Shown piece after piece: positions 1 to 12,389 of a stretch of DNA of 64,000 bases. This DNA comes from Trichosphaerium sp. ATCC 40318 (Eukaryota; Protista; Tubulinea). The position numbers and the translations under genes were made by a program. Within the stretch, counting starts at the first letter, position 1, and each line of letters begins with the position of its first letter. The DNA lies in contig JALMLS010000403.1 of assembly GCA_038496445.1 (NCBI GenBank), positions 1-64,000 on the forward strand, in the 5' to 3' direction. Below the pieces are notes generated by a model. It ran no database searches and was not told the DNA's origin. It saw nothing but the letters and a program-made list of their open reading frames with translations.

Positions 1-2323
1 TTTTTTGTAAACTGGGCTCAAAGCTTTGCTTTCTTTTCAGAGAAAATCAGACCTGGCCAGGTCATGTCTAACAATTCCAAACAATATACGATAGGCACAG
101 CCAAAAGGGATATTATATAATACAAAAAAGAATGATTACTTGTTGAGCGGAAGTGTCTTTCTTTTCCTCGCTCTGATAATGACTTCGGGTGCTTGCAATC
201 ATCCTCACTGTTCTCCCAGCTGGCGCTAAACGTTCTCTATTAGTTCCGAAAAACTAGCAATAAGTTCCCATTTACAAGCACGTACCGCGTGAAGGTAACT
301 CGTGAGCTTTCCACCGATTAATCGCTGTAACAGTCTGACTGCGTACTCGCTGTGTTTTAACCCGTCCGCGTAACAGCAGATGCTCTCTTCTATACACCGG
401 AGGCGAAGGATTTGTATAAGGGATCCCCTGTGGCTTTTCTCTAAATTGTCCCCCGAGAGCCCATTTCTCTAAATCCTGATGGCTGAGGAGCACTGCGACC
501 TCCAAATCTATCACTAGCCTTCTTCCTCGGTGGACTACGGCCGCTAGAGCCAATAATCATGCGCGGGGCGCTTCTTGAAGTCCTTGTACTGTCTGTTGGT
601 GTTTTCTTTCTGAAACCCTGGCTGTGTTGCTGTATTTTACGTGGTGAGCTTCTAGGTGGACTACGGCTTCCATTTATTACTGGACAGCTGTCAGAATCAG
701 AATCTTCTTCTTCCTCAAGTGATGCTTGTTCTGCGCATGCAGGACACATACGATGAGAATTAAGCTAAAGAAATCATCAGTTAATAGCTTTATAAGGTTA
801 CGACATACATCTTTTGGGTGTGTAACAGCGTGACAGATGATACAAGTCCTACAAAACTCTATACAAAAAGTTAGAGCTTTCGTTTAAAGAGTTTGACTGT
901 ACCGTGATCACATGACCCGCAGAATGTTAATGGTCTGCCTGTATCATCGAACCTACATTCTGTATCTTTTGCTCCTAGTGAAAATCCACATTTACTACAT
1001 TTAATACAACTCCAATGGCAGAATAGTCCGTTTAGTGTTGTTACTTTATCATCATCTAATAGACTTATTCCTTTTGAACAAATACAACATTTTTGAGAAT
1101 CAGAAATAGTATTCATCATTTCAGGTGAAGGTTCGTGATCCATCTCTTCTTCTTCATGTGGTGCATTATCTATTGTTATACTAGGGACAATAGATCGATG
1201 ATTTCCATTATTTATAGGTTTACGAGTATGCGATAGAATATGTCTGAAAATGGTAAAAATGTGAGAAAAAGAAACAAGATCGTGATTGTTTGTAACAACA
1301 GTGCGAAAACAAAATTGATAAAGTAAGCTTTCGACGTTGATTTTATCTTTCTACTACCAACAACGGTTTTCTCCAAAATAAGGCTGGTTTTGCGTACTGA
1401 CCGTGAAAAGAAAAACGAAATTTTGCATTTTTGAAGTATTTATACTTTCTTTCTCTCCGCTTCTTTTCTGTTTTTAGCGTACCTTTGCGGTGATGAACCA
1501 GAAAACGAAGTAATTGTACGTTCTTTCGTTTTACCAACAGCCCATGTTGAAGGATCTATACCCCTTGGAGAACCAAGTGAATGAGAACGTTGTCTTTTTA
1601 ATTTAATAGGTAATGTTGATCCAGGTTTTGTTGTTTGTCTTGCAATTGGTTTTTTCTCTACCTTAAAACCTCCTTTCTGTACTCTTTTAACGGATACAGA
1701 AATAGCTAGTTTTTGTCCAAACTTTGTTGCTCTTCCTCGTTTTTGACCATCAATGCCTTGTTTAGGAATATAAATATCGTTTCCGTTGATAAAACGTGTG
1801 TTGAACCAAAACCAAAAGACACGTTGCTAAAAAATAGTTAATATATGCCTACGCTCATGTGATGTTATGATTTGTCTTATGAGATGTAAAAATAGAGGGA
1901 GACATACCTTTGAACTTGCCCAGTAGAAAGATATTTTAACATCTGCTGAAACTACTGCGTTACATTTAAAGTAACAGTGTTTCTTGCTCTCTATCAAATG
2001 CTACAAAAACAAATTATACATAAATATGTATGAATTAGGAGATTCAAAACACGTACGAGTGGTCTTGTAAAGAATGTCGTTCTACCTCGTTGAATACAGA
2101 GTAAATGCACTTTACAGCTAAACAAAAAAAAAAAATTAGCTTTTGGTTAACTTTGCTTATTAGAAACCCTGCCTGGGCTCTTCTCCAAATGCACTTATCT
2201 CCTATTACAAATAGAGTTCCAAGCGTTGAATCTAAAAAGTACATAAAAAATCAAAACCCACGTGATGAGCCATTGTTCAAAAACTTCAACAATAAATTAA
2301 CTAACAGAAACAGTTCTGTTGGA
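1..2323 (-). repeat. Inverted duplicate of 16510-18846 (3' half of the PTEN-LIM gene: C2 domain, LIM domain, tail)
   Basis: Reverse complement matches 16510-18846 nearly base for base (identical MDHEPSPEMM...CGSCDHG LIM exon). Differences are mostly intronic or synonymous, plus a few 1-nt indels and a noisy stretch at ~2140-2220. Confidence 0.95.
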
Positions 2324-3641
2324 AATTTCTTGATCTTTAGGAATGTATGATACACTTAAACTTACTGTAAGCAAACATAACTACTTATACTCATGTACCT
2401 GTTTTGAATGATTCCGCAATATAGTTAGATCCTTCAGGCAATGGTTTACCAACGTGTCGCCGCACAAGAAAATAAGAAAAAAACGAGAATGCAAACCACC
2501 AAAGTCCTCCAACGCCAATAGCCTAAAGCGAGGAATGTTGAATAAAAAACATAAATAAACACTATCTTAGTTACCACTCGATATCCTGTTGTACTATCAT
2601 CCTCAATAAATTGTGTAGAGTTCAGTTTAATCACACTTGGACCACAAAGATAGCATGCAATTTAGTACCAGTTCTTCCTTTACCAGCCTAAGATAGGGTT
2701 TGTAAAAAGAAAGATAAATAATAGATATTACTAGAATAATCAATGCAGCAGAATAACCATAAATAAATCCAATTTTAGACACATAGTTTGATACCTTATC
2801 CAAAACTGAAAAACTTTAGTTCAGTTTATTGCTCTTTCTTTAGCGCCCGTGTGTCTTTGACGTACTTTTCTTTTGACTTCTTTGGTTTCTTTTGAAACTT
2901 TTAAGTACTTTGGATGATGTCTTACGAGAAAAGGGAGATATGAATTATAGTAAATGTTTGCCAACCCAAACATGACATTAGATAAAATTGCTAGTACACC
3001 TACAAGCCAATACAAAGACGATTTTACTATGAAAGCGACAGCCATCGTCATTATACTTCCCAAAACAGTTGTAACAATTAAAGCTGGTTTCCTGGAAGGT
3101 CCAAAATCGGCGAACGAACCTAAAGACAAAGAGTGAGATTTTCCCAAAAAAGTATGCCTACCAAACAAAATATATGCGACGATTTGGAACAGCACTGATA
3201 GTCCGACTATCACGCTAGCATACGCTCTACGATCACGTTTAGTATGTATACTGGAAAATTATACTCATGACGATAAATGACGACTCAAAATACGGTACAT
3301 ACGCTGGATTTAGTTTTACCCAACCGAGGTTAACTTTACAATCTGATCCAGCGCTAAATTTGCAAAGTCATTTAACAAAATTGGCAAGAACCCATTTATA
3401 ACAACGAAGGGGTACACAGAGTTGGCCCTTTAAAGTAGAGTTAGCTCACATTAACATCGTTGAATCACAAAAGGTGTAGTCTACAATAAAACTATTGGAA
3501 GCCTTACCAATCATAAGAATACCAACCGTGAAGTTCCCATGCTGTTGTGGCGTTGTTTTTATCGCTTTCGCTAGTATTTGAACTAGATCTTTCCTCAGAG
3601 TCGCTGGTAGACTCCAAGGTACCTGTACTGATGTCGTCCAT
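2323..3641 (-). CDS. Atg22/UMF1-family MFS transporter, N-terminal half only; truncated at the duplication junction
   Basis: Spliced translation gives AWELHGWYSYDWANSVYPFVV...LPILL, GSFADFGPSRK, SNVMFGLANIYYNSYLP, PGKPLPEGSNYI, which match Atg22-type motifs; the sequence switches into a PTEN intron after KIKKFP. Confidence 0.8.
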
Positions 3642-3885
3642 AATCGAGTTAAAAGCTAAAATTCTAAAATGGCACGTGATCATAAGAAGATTGTTGACGA
3701 CGCCAAAACAAGCATGCACATTTATAGTGGTCGCCAATTACCGCAGAATAGTGTAGACGTGCTTTCATAGACTCAAGCTGCTGTGAAAAAAAGTACAATT
3801 ATTAATCACTTAAACAGCATAAAAAGCATTGCAGGGATAGCCCGGAAAGGGTAAAGCTATATTGCCGGTAATGTTGGCGTCTATC

Positions 3886-5518
3886 ATGAAGTCCATGTCT
3901 AAAAAGAAAGGTAAAGTTGCGCTTGTTAACGTAGGCGATTAATCATTATTACCAGAGGCGGTTTTACCAACAATTACAAAACATAAGCCAACAAATAAGA
4001 AACGTCGCGCTGAAATGAGCTATGAAGACCAAATGGACGCAGACGTTACAAAAGCACGTTAAAAACTCGATGATGAATTAAAAACCCAATAACAAGCCTG
4101 TAGCTACGAGAAAAACGTGAACGTAAACGTAGAAAGCTGGAGGAAGAGAAAAATAAGCCTGCACCAGTAATCAGCTCAGAACTCCAAGTACAAACAACAT
4201 TTTCTAAGAGTTCACCCAAAACTTACGTAATTTTTAGGCTCTACGCGCAGAATTCGATGTGAGTGACTCTGATGAGGATGAAGAACAAGATATACTTGGT
4301 GATAAACCTCTTATTGATACAAAAGATAAAGCAGAGGCAGCTGTCAAACGTGTAAGTGTCAAAATGTCAAATGAGTTCAGTGAAAATATTAAGCATTTTT
4401 TTTTGTTTTGTCTCACAGGTCTCCAGATAAATGAGGTTCTTGGTAGAAAAGGTGCTCGCCAAACAAAAGTAATAGCAGTGGACCTTGAGTGGATAGGTAA
4501 AAGGAGATTGTAACCGAAGTAAGGAAGCTAATAGAAACCCTTAAGGCGACGGAAGGGATGCCACTCTTTGTCTTTTACAGCTTGCTGTACCTGATGACTT
4601 GGTATACTTATTCGATTTTGTAACACTCCAGGCATCAGTCATATGGGCAGCAGGCTTAAAGGAAGTATGGAATAATTTTTGAACTTTCTGTAGATGACTA
4701 AGCATGTAATTAGATTATGGAGTCGAAAGACATTCTGAAAATATTCCATGATTGTAGACAAGACGCAGATGTTTTATGGTAATTAAACCAATTCAAATGC
4801 ATTTACTAACAAGGTTGCAGGAATGGACATAACGTAAAACTGACACGTGTTTATGACACACAAATAGCTTTTGGTACCTTTTTCTTGTTTACACTATCGG
4901 CTGTTTATCTTCTTTATTGGTAGCACTGTTTCAGCAACAACAAGGTAAACGTATACCTCTACCTGCAAGTTTAAATACATTGCTGCGAAAATTCGCTTTT
5001 GGTGGCGTAAACAAACATAAGGACGAAGCACGTGCTGAAATGTCTAGTAACGCAATGTACTGGGCACAAAGACCTATGACAGAATCTCAAATGGTACGAT
5101 ATTGCATTATCTTATCTACTGGATACTAATAATTTTAGGGCTATGCAAGGTACGATGGATAAGAGTAAAATATCTTATTGTCAAAGCTGTATTTTAATAT
5201 TTTTTTGTTTCAAAAAAGGCAAGATGTATTAAATGTTCCAGTCATCTATAGACAGTTTAATGGCGCTTTTTCTCAACAAACAATCAAAGCTGTTGTTAAG
5301 AATTCTGAGCTTTATGCGGATCAAGTAAGGTAAGCAATCAATTCGCGAACAAGAATGTAAAACCTACATTTCTATGTGCTTATATTACCTCAAGAAGTCT
5401 TAACTTAGAAGAATATACTGCACTTCGCGATTCATATGATGGTATACCAAAGTACAATATTGAGTCATGGGATAATAGCGCAAAGCAAAGCCTGGAATTC
5501 TATTCGAGAAAAAAATGA
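3886..5518 (+). CDS. DEDDy 3'-5' exonuclease (EXD1/Egalitarian-like), multi-exon
   Basis: ExoI IAVDLEW, LCLLQLA, ExoII KIFHDCRQD, VYDTQIA, YWAQRPMT and ExoIII YARQD across exons. Confidence 0.8.
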
Positions 5519-5722
5519 TACAACGGAAGTCAAGATAAGATGACTTTTTCTTGAAATGTTTGATTCTTTATACAAATGGCTAGGTTAATCCCTTTAAGTG
5601 GTATTTCACAAAGTATTTTCAAGCTGTGATGTAGTACCACATGTAAATACTAAGATATAACTAATTAAAAAAACCCTAACGAGTACAAAAGTATACTTCA
5701 AAAAATTATTTGTTTATTACTA

Positions 5723-6549
5723 CTATGTTCTGTATTGTACAGTTTCTCTAAGGTGTTGAGTATCATCTTCGTTTTCTTTACGATGGTTTCTGAAGTGACG
5801 CCATGCAAGAATAAACGCTGCAAAAAGACCAATATAAAACAGACCTAAGATAGCACGTGAGCATAAAACCTGTCACTCAAAAAAAAAAAAAAAACGGTTA
5901 ATGTAATACTCACTTATTAGCGTCCATACAAACACAGTGAAATGGTCCCTTATAAACTGTGTTCTGTTTGCTTCGAATAGAACGCCAAATACCATTAAAA
6001 CAAAACCAAGCGTTCCAACATTACACCAAAGTAAAAGCTTTGATATGAATAGATGCGTTGACTGTACTCGTGATGGGTCCATAAAGTACCTCTACAACGT
6101 AGAATTAAGAAATTGTAGATTTTGTTATTATATTTTCTGTACCTTGTGTGGTATGTGAATACAGCTATCAGGTAGTCGTGGAGCAAACAGCGCAGTCTTG
6201 TGATTTAAATTAACAGTTTGGCTTTCGGTTTTGTATTTTGTAGAACGTAAAATAACGTACCAAAACAAAGGATAACGCCACTACAAGTGTTACTAGAACA
6301 TACACTGTAACAACTTTTGCTTTATCAATAAATGTGTCAGATTGGCCTCCTAGACGTTGTAAATAATCTATACATCACATAGCAAGGCTAATTGCGCGTA
6401 CCATCATTAAAATGTGTTGAAATCTTTGGTGGCAGTAGAACGCCATACACTACCGCGTGACCGAGTATAATTACCAACAATAGCGTTGTTACAACCAACT
6501 CCCACCAAACAAGCTTAGCATAACTTTTTATTGTTGCTTTTGCCTTCAT
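5723..6549 (-). CDS. Small multi-TM membrane protein with DUF1648-like motif
   Basis: TM1 followed by LPPKISTHFNDGGQSDTF, then further hydrophobic segments and PDSCIHIPHK; GT-AG introns. Confidence 0.6.
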
Positions 6550-6749
6550 CAGCTCTACAAAGTGCACGACAAGGAAACAATAGAATCGTGTGGCTTTGGC
6601 TGTAATTCTTAAATTGGCGGCTTAAGCCATTTCACCTCGAATTGGAAGAACTGAAAGACGCATAGTGTTGTACTTGTTCTTTGGTGTCTAGTTGCGTAAT
6701 ACGATTACCGTTTTTGTACACAAACGAAAAACGCGAAGTGCAATAGCAA

Positions 6750-9700
6750 ATGAGAGGAAGACAAGGATCCAATGCCTTGCAGTCGTTGCGTATGGAGGCT
6801 GGCAAGAGCGGCGTAACGCGAATTTTGGAACGAAGACTTTCCGTATCAAAGGAATGTGTACAAGTGCACAACGCTTATAAACTAACCCACCTGCAGGACC
6901 GTTTAGTACAGATTAAATCCCGCATGTCTTTTATGTTTAAGAAATCGCACCAGGATAGCGAAGACACCAAGGTCTTTGGTGTGGCGCTGGACGAGGAGTC
7001 AAAACTCATTCCTCGCGTTGGTACACTATAACGCAACATAACGACGTTATTCATACACTAACTGAGCCACTAGTGACAAAATGCATAAAGTTTTTGGATT
7101 CTCAAGGTAAACACACCAAAAACGTAAATTAATGCTTAAACGTTAAAAGGATACGAAACTGAAGGGCTATTTCGCGTTTCTGGTATGCACTCAGTAATTC
7201 AGAGCTTTCGCCAACGATACGACAAAGGTGAGTGTGACACGCACTGAATAACGTATTGCGCTAACGTCATGTGTTACAAGGCGAATCGGTGGATTTCACA
7301 ACAACAGATATACACACTGTAGCAGGCCTTCTTAAACTTTACCTCAGAGAACTACCAGTACGATTCCGTTTTCTACAAAGCCAAACGAAACCGACGATCT
7401 GTTTTTCCACTTTTTCTTTTTTTTTGATTGTTGTCTCGTGTTTAGTGCGTATTAATGCTTGTCATAGGAACCACTATGTTCATATGAATTTTATGACATG
7501 CTTCTAGCAGCTGTTGGTATTTCAGATATGGAGACAAAGTTGAATAAAATTAGAGCTGTTTTGGAGCTTCTTCCTGAAGTGAACATTAAAACTATTTCTT
7601 ACTTGACTGGATACTTGCATAAGCTTACGCAGTACGTATTGGTTCTGGTCTAAGTATTAAAGTAGTCATTTGTTAACCAGAATTTCCAAAAAAACAGGCA
7701 CAGTGAAGTTAATATGATGAGCAGTAAGAATTTGGCAATTGTTTTTGCTCCTTCTCTACTTCGTCCTATGGATCAATCATTGACTACACAGATGCAAGAT
7801 TCTCCATATGCTCTTGAGTTATTACAGCTATTAATTGATAAGTACGAGCTATTCTTTGGTAAATTTGATGTCAATGATGTCGAAGAGGAAGTGGTGAGTC
7901 AAAAGTTCGATTGTTTTCTAAAACACGTCACATTTTTTTTTTTGACACTTTTACGTTTTCCCGCGTTAACAGGATTGTCTTTACTAAAAAGTTGCTACAT
8001 AGGAAATAGAGAATTTTGTCCAGCAAGGAAAATTAAAAATCACTGTTATTGAGGGAAGAGATTTAAAAGGGCTAGGTGAGATATTGAAATTTTTATTTTT
8101 GTTGTAATAATCCTTGTTGCTAATTTTTTTTGTTTCTTCAGCTAGTGATGGACTCTCTGATCGTAAGATTATAATATTCTATTTTTTGCACTTTGTTTAA
8201 CAAATATAGCGTACGTGAATTTGTTGTATGGAAGGAGAAAGGTTAAAAGTGAGATCATAAAGAAGAACTTGGAACCAAAATGGCAGTACGATTATTTTTA
8301 ATTTTGTTTGTAAAAACTTGCTTCGTAATGAACTAACATACTCAAATAGAGAAGAATTCACCTTTGATCTTACGCCATCAATTCATCAAATAACTATTCA
8401 AGTATACAACAATGATAGATGGAAGTTCGACCACTTCATGGGCCAAGTACGTGTAATCAAAAAAAAAAAACAAACTTGTATTCAACACAGAAAATAGGTT
8501 ACTATCGCACTCACAGAAATAACCGAAACAGACTTTACAAGATGGTACCCTCTGAGAATACGAACCACAAAAGATCAAAATTCAGTACAAGGAGAGATTA
8601 AGCTTAATATTCAGTATGATGGTGTGATTGTACCTCCTCTGGTACGTCAGCAAACGACACATTGAATTGGATTTTACTAAGTTGTTTTTTTCTAAATAGA
8701 CCTCGCCTATTCCTTTCGATTTTGAGGTCCTACAATACCAAGACTCTCCTCTAGAAGAAGAGAATATAGACATACTAGCAATATATAGTATTGCTCGTTA
8801 CATTGCGAGGTCATGTATGCTTACCATGCATATAAGTCAACCTGAAGTTTTAACTCAGGTTCGTTTGTTTTTTTAAGACAGTGAATCAAACTGTTAATTA
8901 CTTGTATTTAGAAAGATAAACTGACAGCTGCGAGTACTCTTGTTGCTGTACCTCAACTCACAATTTCTGCATTACCTCCAAAGGTTCTTGGACTCATATT
9001 GTCTTACCTTGATGCAGATGACGCAGAATTCGCAGCAGTTGCATGCAGAGAATGGAAGAGCTTAATGACTTATGTAAGTTACATTTTTATTTTGTTTTTC
9101 TCAATTACTTGATAGGGATCACTTGCTTCTAAGAGTGCAGAGATTCACAGATTATTATCAATACAGAATAATACACCTACTGGCCTAAGATTACGTTGGG
9201 CAGTCACTGAGCCTCTTATTGGTAAACGAAATCTTTAATCTTTCTCTAACTTGTCTGTTTTTTTAGATATGATCGAAAAAGTCAGTAAATTCAAGTCCCA
9301 GCTATTCCTTTCATTGCGTGGCGTAATTGAGCGTCTTATACCACCAATTGGAACACATGTATCACTTACAAGTCATCTTTCTAAGCCTGGAATGCCAAGA
9401 TTCCTTCGTACTTTTATACAACTTCTAGAGAATGTTCTATATCTTGAAGCATGGAAACTTCAGATGCCACAACTCGAGAATATCTTTAATATTTATCGTA
9501 CAAAGGAGAACTTTCAGACAAAATATGATGATGCTCAGATAGCAGTTCAATCAGAGTTCATATTTAATAAGTGGCACTTATTAAGTGTATTTAAGGCAGA
9601 GCTGTTAAGATATCCACCTGAGTTTTTTGATAAGTTGTTACAATACTTTTATGATATAATTCGTAATGACAAGGCTCTTACTTATCAAGGTATACCGCTT

Positions 9701-9992
9701 TATTTGAGGTACGTTTGGTTTATTTTATGTTACATTTTTTCTTTTTTTTTGAATACAAGTTTTAAATCACGTGGGTGTATTTGAGTTGTAGACATCAATG
9801 TTTTTTTTTTGGATTAGTTTTTTGTTGTTGACTTTTTTTGTTTGTTTTAGGGGTTTGGCAAGTCTGTTGGTTGTCTTTCATCTGACATTCGCAAGGACTA
9901 ACCAAAGATGGCTAGAGTTAATCCAACAAAGACGACATCTCCTACCAGCTTATCTCATGAAAATGTTGGAATTCTCACAGATAATGAACTAG
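6750..9992 (+). CDS. RhoGAP + C2 + F-box-like multidomain protein
   Basis: VFGVAL...EGLFRVSG (Arg finger), VAGLLKLYLRELPEPL, NMMSSKNLAIVFAPSLL; C2 KLKITVIEGRDL..SDPYV..KKNLEPKW..DHFMG; F-box ISALPPKVLGLILSYLD...VACREWKSL. Confidence 0.85.
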
Positions 9993-10193
9993 CCAAGACA
10001 GCAGAGAAGAAAAAAAAATCCCAAAAAAAGCCCTTCCTTTTTTTTTTTGAGATGCGCATAATTTTTTATGTACATAAAGCAAATCAATTTTTTCAAGCGT
10101 ATCTCCCTTTTATGTACACCCCCTCTTTGTTTCTTGCGGTCATCCTTCGTAAAAGAGCAACGAGTGCTGATATTTTTCTACATTGAAAAAAAA

Positions 10194-12272
10194 TTAGTTG
10201 AGAGAAATAAAAAAAACACGTTGAGGTGTTTTTCGCGGCGACGTACTTCGTTCTTCGTAGTCTTCAGGGTCTAGGTATTCATCATTTAATAAGAACCTAC
10301 GCTGACCAGTAGTTGCAGCTATCAAGTTTCTTGTTGGATGGAATTTACAGCAATTCACAGCATCTAGAAGTGGTTGTTAATTTTTAACACATTTACGTTC
10401 AAGAACTTTTTGGTTTTCTTACCTGTACCCATTGGTATTTTCTTTTCGAGTTGGCAAGTCTGTAGATTAAATAGGTAAGCACTACAATCTTGCGATCCTG
10501 TGAGTAAGTGTGTTCCAGAAGGATTGATATCGAAGAAAACCTATTTTACTATGATTAAAAAAAACGCCAATCATCTTTTCAATAAAATAAACAAACATAC
10601 CTTCTGATTTGATGTGACAACTCTTTCGAAGTAAGAAACTGGTTCTGGTAACATGCGCACATCCCAATATATAATATACGGACTTTTACGTCCACCCTTT
10701 AAGCAAAACATTAGACTTCTTCCCAAACAATTAAAAAACCAAAAAAGCGTTTGGAAGCACGTGATAGATAAGTATCGTACTGCAAAAAGGTAGTTGCCAT
10801 CTGGAGAAAATTTAACTTGAGTAACACCAGTATGGTGACCTGTGAGTGAGGCTATAGGCTCATTTGAAGGTACACTGTATACGCCTTTGAGAAGAAAAAG
10901 AGTTAAATTTCTGTCAGATTGTTGATGTGTTGTGATGATATGTTGTACCTATACGTCCACAATAACTGCCTGCGGCCATAATACGATGTGCGCCTTCATC
11001 AGTCCAAGGACAAAAATCTATCGTTGAGATGATACCTCAATAAAACAGTTAAAACAAGTGCCGCATTGAATTAAACTTAGAACAAGCTCGTTGTTGACTG
11101 TTTTACCTGATACAGCGAGTTCTGCTGGTACTAAATCTCTTAATGGATGATTATCTCTCCTGGGCGTTGTCGGAAACTCTATACATTCTTCACTTTGGTG
11201 ATACAAGTCAAAAGCTCTAATCATTTTGTTATACCCAGCGTATAGCCTTTGTACACATTAGTATTTGACTGTTAATTATGCCTGTCATCTGTGATACTTA
11301 CCAATCGCCTGTTGGAGCTACAGCCATAGAATAAGCAGCTACTACTTCGCCCACGTGATTTTTTGCGAGAAAATTTGCACGTAACTAGGTGGAAATTAAC
11401 GGTTTTTACCGAGTAAATATAAAGTAACTTGTCAACTTTATCGTTTGGCGTTAAATGTCATTAATTCAGAGAAACTATGTCAAAAGTTTGTAATTACCTT
11501 TCCAGTATAGGCATCCCACATATGAATTGGTTGATCAAGTGAAGATGTAAAGAAAGCACAACTAGGCCTCTCTAAAATAATTGTTAATCTCATTTCTTTA
11601 CAGTTTTTGTAACAAACAAAAAACCGCCAATATCTTACCATTAGAGTCCATAAGCGGATACCAAGCCATATCATAAATACACTCTGGTTCTTTATAATGA
11701 AATAAAGGAACAATTTCATCCGTTTGCGATGTCTCAGGACTACAACAACGTAAGGAAAAAAAAGAAAAAAAAAGTGTCACTAGTACATTTTATAAACTCT
11801 AATGATGTTATCTTCAGAATTTGTCATTGCCAGCACGCCATCTGGTGATATAGAGCATCCTTTTAGGAAGTTTGAGTAGTTGTTATCTTTCATAAATTCG
11901 TTCTGAGACTTAGCAAGGATTTTGGCGTTATCAAAGGTGGGATAGTGTATATGAGCTACTGGTGGTTCTTGTGGGGCGCTATTTGCTTGTGGCATTTGTG
12001 TATCAGTCGCATTAGGCGTAATGATATTTTTTTCAGCGTTTACGGCATCGTGAGGCTCATTAGCGAGAGCATTAGTATTATTTGATTCTTCTGTAGCAAA
12101 TGAAATCTTTTCTGCTATTTCAGACGTCACTGATTCTTTTTCTTCCGCTTGTGAGGTTTTTTGTTTCTTTGGAGGCGCTAATGTATGTTACACCTACAAA
12201 CTTACGTAATAGCGTACTTGCGCCAGCAGCACTTTCTCTACGAAGTCTCTTTAACAAACCACCGATTTTCAT
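10194..12272 (-). CDS. WRAP53: WRAP53/TCAB1 (telomerase Cajal body WD40 protein)
   Basis: NFLKGCSISPDG...NSEDNIIRVY, ECIYDMAWYPLM, TSSLDQPIHMWDAYTG, LYAGYNKMIRAFD, GHHTGVTQVKFSPDG, TNQ..RFD, AATTGQRRF. Confidence 0.9.
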
Positions 12273-12389
12273 CGTTTTTTACTGAAGAGTGTTCCAACAA
12301 GTAGAGAAAAACTGTACTTGACTTAACGCAATCATAAAAGCGCCGTGTATTTCTCCTCTACTTACTTTGAGACGCTGTATAAACATTTT

